Source of the DNA: Psammoneis japonica
Lineage: Eukaryota
Assembly (NCBI GenBank): GCA_008632985.1
Contig: QPGO01000124.1
Coordinates: 124,001 to 188,000, forward strand
Reading direction: 5' to 3'
DNA: 64,000 bases
Shown here: in pieces, positions 59,958-64,000 of the stretch
Position numbering within the stretch: position 1 is the first letter of the stretch
Layout: each line of letters starts with the position of its first letter
Made by a program: the position numbers and the translations under genes
Notes under the pieces: generated by a model
What the model was told of the DNA's origin: nothing
What the model saw: only the letters and a program-made list of their open reading frames with translations
The model's database searches: none

Positions 59958-61223
59958 TTACTCATCGAGTGTATACTCAAGCGCTCCGTTGAAGATGTTC
60001 GGAGGCCCATGATTTTCGAAAAGGTACTGGACCCCGGTGCCCACGTTGATTTCCAAGTCCGCGTTGGAAAACTCCGTTGGTTCACCATAGTCAATGAGGC
60101 TCACCGTGCCATTCATTCGTTCCTGAAAACAAATGGCTCTTGTTGTCTGAGCTGTCACATAAAAGGCTTGCCTCGTGCCGGCGCTAACGTGTACGGGATC
60201 AAACAAGTCTCGAGGAAGGGGAGTAAGAACGTTTGTGCCTTTCCCCGTGACTGTCGCTTCACCAATCTTGGCCCATTGGAACTTGCTAGTCTCATGGCCT
60301 TGGTACTCTCCTTCTTTTGTCCAAACTTCAATTCTCTCGGGATCGGTGGATCGCACGTGAACTTCCATTCCAGAAACTTTGATGTCTTTCTTGGCAGTAA
60401 TGTCAAACATGTGTCCAAAGAAGAAATGGGTATAACTTAAAGTGGTTTCAAGCCTCTCCGTTTGCAAGGGAGCGGTTGGCGAAGGAGTTTCCTCATTACC
60501 GGTAGGTCCTGCTGTTACTAGCTGAGATGGTGACGGAGTTGGTGGGTCTGAAGGTTCTGATAATTGTCCCGTCTCTCCTGTCTGGCTACCCGAGCTAGCC
60601 AAGCCAACAGATGCACCAACAACAACAGCAATAACGATGAGAGTGAGGATACCAAGAACAATATAGAGGCGACGACGTGATTGATTGCCTTCTTGGGCAA
60701 CCTTTCCAACAGATCCACACGTGAATCCGCAGCAAAAGCATGCAGCCTCGAGAGATTTATCATCATCATCGCCCCCGCCCTCTTTCTCTGGAACTGCAGT
60801 AGCGCTGACCAAGTCGGGAACGACCTATGCAACAATGGCTTGGGGGCTTTCATGAACATCCTCTGACACATGAGGAGCAGATTCTTCGTCGGAATCACTT
60901 GCCGTGGTGGAACGGATCCCGGGCACATGATGCGCTCCTGCCTGAGCAGAATTCAGGTGCTTGTCCGTTTGCTGTGATTCTTCCTCATGGTCATATCCAT
61001 GCGGAATACGGATTGGAAACATACGAAGCTGGTCGCTTTCAGAAGCGTTCGCCGCAGCTCTGCCATCCCCTTGAGTTTCAATGCCCTTGCCTGAATTACG
61101 GACGACCTTCTTAAGATACGAGCTTTTGGTGGGAGCTTGATGATCCGGTTGTCGTGGTGATATGCCCGCTCCTCTTGATTCGGTGTTACCGCCAATGCCG
61201 CTCTGTTGCTTTTTCGGCATCAT
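59958..61223 (-). pseudogene. Single-pass membrane protein with Pro/Thr/Ser linker and C-terminal beta domain; one in-frame TAG at 60827-60825
   Basis: ORFs 60825-61388 and 59958-60812 are in the same frame, separated only by TAG ('AIVA*VVPDLV'). Confidence 0.65.
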
Positions 61224-61649
61224 TGTTGTTGGCGCGGAAGAAAAGAGTGGTCCCTGTAAGAGAAGAAAAGGCAAGATTCTTTGTTCGTATGTTCTCGCTG
61301 ACACGAAAATAATGAAGAAGAAGTGATGCGGTAGACGATCCATATGCAGATTGAAGATAGTGCGATGCATGTTCAACCGTTGCGGCATGATGACTCCCGC
61401 GCGCTTCTGCCCGAGCGTTGGGCGTTCTCACGACTCACTCAATCTTATTTGGTTATAAATGGCTGCTGATTTTGGGGCAATAGCATAGTTGTGCTGGCGC
61501 GTCGCACGACCACGATTGACTGAAAACGCGGTTCTGTGTCATCTATGCTCGCTAATGTCGTACAGTGCCAGGGGTAACTGGTGTCTCAACGGCAGTGGAA
61601 TCGAACAACAGTTTTGCACTGCTTAGTGCTCAGGCAATGTACCTGTGCA

Positions 61650-64000
61650 TCTTTCAGTTCAATTTTCCGTGAGATGTTTTGATTCGGGGTGCCTTCACCC
61701 AAAATTGAAACACTTCAATCTGCCCTGCAAAGAGAGCTGCAAAGGCTCCACTGGCAAAAACCGGCCCTCCTCGCAGCTTCTTTCGACACGGAGAGACAAC
61801 CCCAGCGGCAGTGTGCGCTGCCTTTGAAAAAGAAATTCCACAAAAAAATGAAAAGTTGGGGTGCTGAAACTTGATTCTACAAACAATTGTGAGATGATTT
61901 GACAATTTTGCCATGTGTGATTCTGTGGCACACAATGTCTCACGCACACTGGAGTTTCCGCAGCTTTCAACTTGCCACAACATGTTTTGCACAACACCCT
62001 CAACTCAAGTTGTGCCATCAATCATCTCATGTTTTGTTGCACTCTGTCCCCCAATTTTTGTGTGCATTGTGTGGAATGGACAGCTGCAACCTGGGTGCTG
62101 ATGTTTTGCGCAGTTGAGAGTCAAGCTGGAGCAGCGGCGCATGGCAGAAACCACGGACAATCTGTGCGTCACATCTCTGGACAACTTCCATCCACACCAA
62201 CTGGATCTAATGCCACTTGCTTCATTTCTCTGTTGTTCAATCAAGTCCTCCTTTGCTCTTTGGGGGTCAAAAGCACTTTTCCTCTGTGTGGCGGCCCTTG
62301 CAAGTGTGAGAATGTGAGCCTTCCTTTGGCGTCAGTTGGCTGTCATCCAGCCATTTGCAAAGCAATGGATCTGGTTGAAAGCCACTTGTGTTTCTCACAC
62401 AAAAAACTGCTGTTCTTGCAGCAGCTCTGGGGGCACTTGAGGAGCTCAAGGAGCTCAAGTTCACAGTTGCTGCCCTCAGTGCTGCACAGCTCTCATGTGC
62501 AGAGCCCGCCTCTCTTTGTGTGCATTTTGCCACAATTGTTGGGCCAGCAGCCATGACAGAACTCATGTGCACAGATCTTTCACAGCCAGCTGTGGGTGTG
62601 TAGCAAGTCAAGGGATGATCAGATGCACAAGCTGTTGTTTGCTGCTGCATGTCATCAGCTGCTGTCACAGGCACAGTTGAGGGGATGTGTGAAAACAGAG
62701 GAGTGAAGGGTGGGCTGTGCACCAGCAAAACACAACAACTGGAGCAGGGGAGCACCACAAGAGGTTGGAAAGACCAAGGTGATGGGTCCCAACCCCAACT
62801 GCCCAACACTGGCCACAAGATGGGGGGGGGGGGCAAAAGGGCAGCAGCACACACTGCACTTTTGGAACAGCTGCATGTGCTGACTGCAACAATTCTGCCC
62901 CACTGTCTCATCCAAGCTTGTGGGAAATGAGAATGTGGTGGCATGCCATGCTCATTCTCCAAACATGCAAAGATCATCAACATGTGTTGATTGCAGATGC
63001 ACACACAGCTGTTGACTGCACAACGGAGTTTGTGCTGAAAACTGTTTGGAAAATTTTCTTAGATGACAGATCATTGCAAGAAGCAACAACCACCAGCACA
63101 AAAATGTGTGAACCATGAGGCTTGAACACCTGTTGTTTTCCACTGAATGATGACATTGCTTGTCATGCTGCAATGAGGATGTGCCATTGGTGAATGTGAA
63201 TGCAGACCCCATCTCAGAAGGCACAAGAAGTCATGCATGTGAACCCACACAGATGCTGAGGGTGTGTGCAGCTGACTTCAACAAGTGTGCTGTGCAGAGA
63301 TGCCAAAAGAACAGCAAGAACAGTGGCAGCAGAAAGTGGCTGCCCCAAAAGCAAAGAGAGGGATGAGAAAGCAAAGAGCAAATTCCACACATTTTGTGTG
63401 AGAAAGAAGCTTGGAAAAGTGCAGAATCTGAGGTGGCCAGAAATGATCATCCAACAGACACCAGTGCAAGAAGGACAGCAGCAGAGAAGCAGGAGGAAAG
63501 GGCATGGGGCAGCAAGAGCTGCAGAAGACAGCTCTTCTTTTGGTGTGGATGGCTTGAGCGTGAAGTCAAGAAGTCACACAAAGAGAGGCAAATCATCTCT
63601 TGATCCAAGCAGCAGGCCTGCTGGATGGTGCCCCTTGAGGATGCTCACAATTGCTTGCAAGGCACCAAGCAGGAGTGCAGAGCTGCTGCACTGGCACCAA
63701 CTCTGAGCTTCCAGAGCTCTGTGGCCTCCTCTCAATCCACAGCACACACCAACTCAGGACACTTTGCAGCAAAGTTAAAAAGAAAATGCTCCAGGCATGG
63801 AAACAGGAAGGAAACAGATGGGAACAGCCAGTGCATGACAAAGTGCTGGTGCGGCATGTGCAGACATGCAGAAAAAATTAGCAGGTGAGGTCTTGGGCAA
63901 GGTGCAGCACAGCACGCCAGATGCTGTTTGATGGGTGGCTGCTGTTGCTGCTCTCGGCTCTCAACAATCACCTGACAATCATTCTTGGAGACAGTTTGCC
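61650..64000. other. TA- and CG-depleted decayed repeat island running off the window
   Basis: TpA is nearly absent over >2 kb. Confidence 0.7.

Noticed and set aside
6469..62833. Poly-C/G runs at ~6469, ~54575 and ~62822
   Set aside because: Simple homopolymers of unreliable length with no shared flanks.

Overview
This is eukaryotic nuclear DNA, almost certainly from a diatom: introns are short GT-AG, one gene has an ASAFAP-type plastid presequence, and there is a CoDi-like Ty1/copia element. The window is a mosaic of two sequence states. (1) Normal gene-rich DNA at ~35.8-52.2 kb and ~55.1-61.6 kb holds an HHL1-like gene, an ABCG transporter, a steroid 5-alpha reductase, a SnoaL-like protein, a fused carbamoyl-phosphate synthase, an AAA-ATPase, mitochondrial MDH and membrane proteins. 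(2) Repeat/pseudogene domains at ~0.2-35.7 kb, ~52.3-55.1 kb and ~61.6-64 kb hold a Gypsy-type gag, a full-length copia with LTRs, a full-length Ngaro-type tyrosine-recombinase retroelement, two MITE families and decayed gene copies (SF3B3, a Crinkler-like REase-kinase, a Pmp-repeat gene). The main signal is that TpA has been almost erased in the repeat domains by TpA->TpG/CpA change. Conserved Tyr codons became Cys/His, TA target-site duplications became CA, and paired repeats differ by TG<->CA swaps. This is opposite in direction to fungal RIP and distinct from CpG decay, and it suggests a repeat-targeted A->G hypermutation (genome-defence) system. No dinucleotide counts or database searches were run; all calls are by eye.
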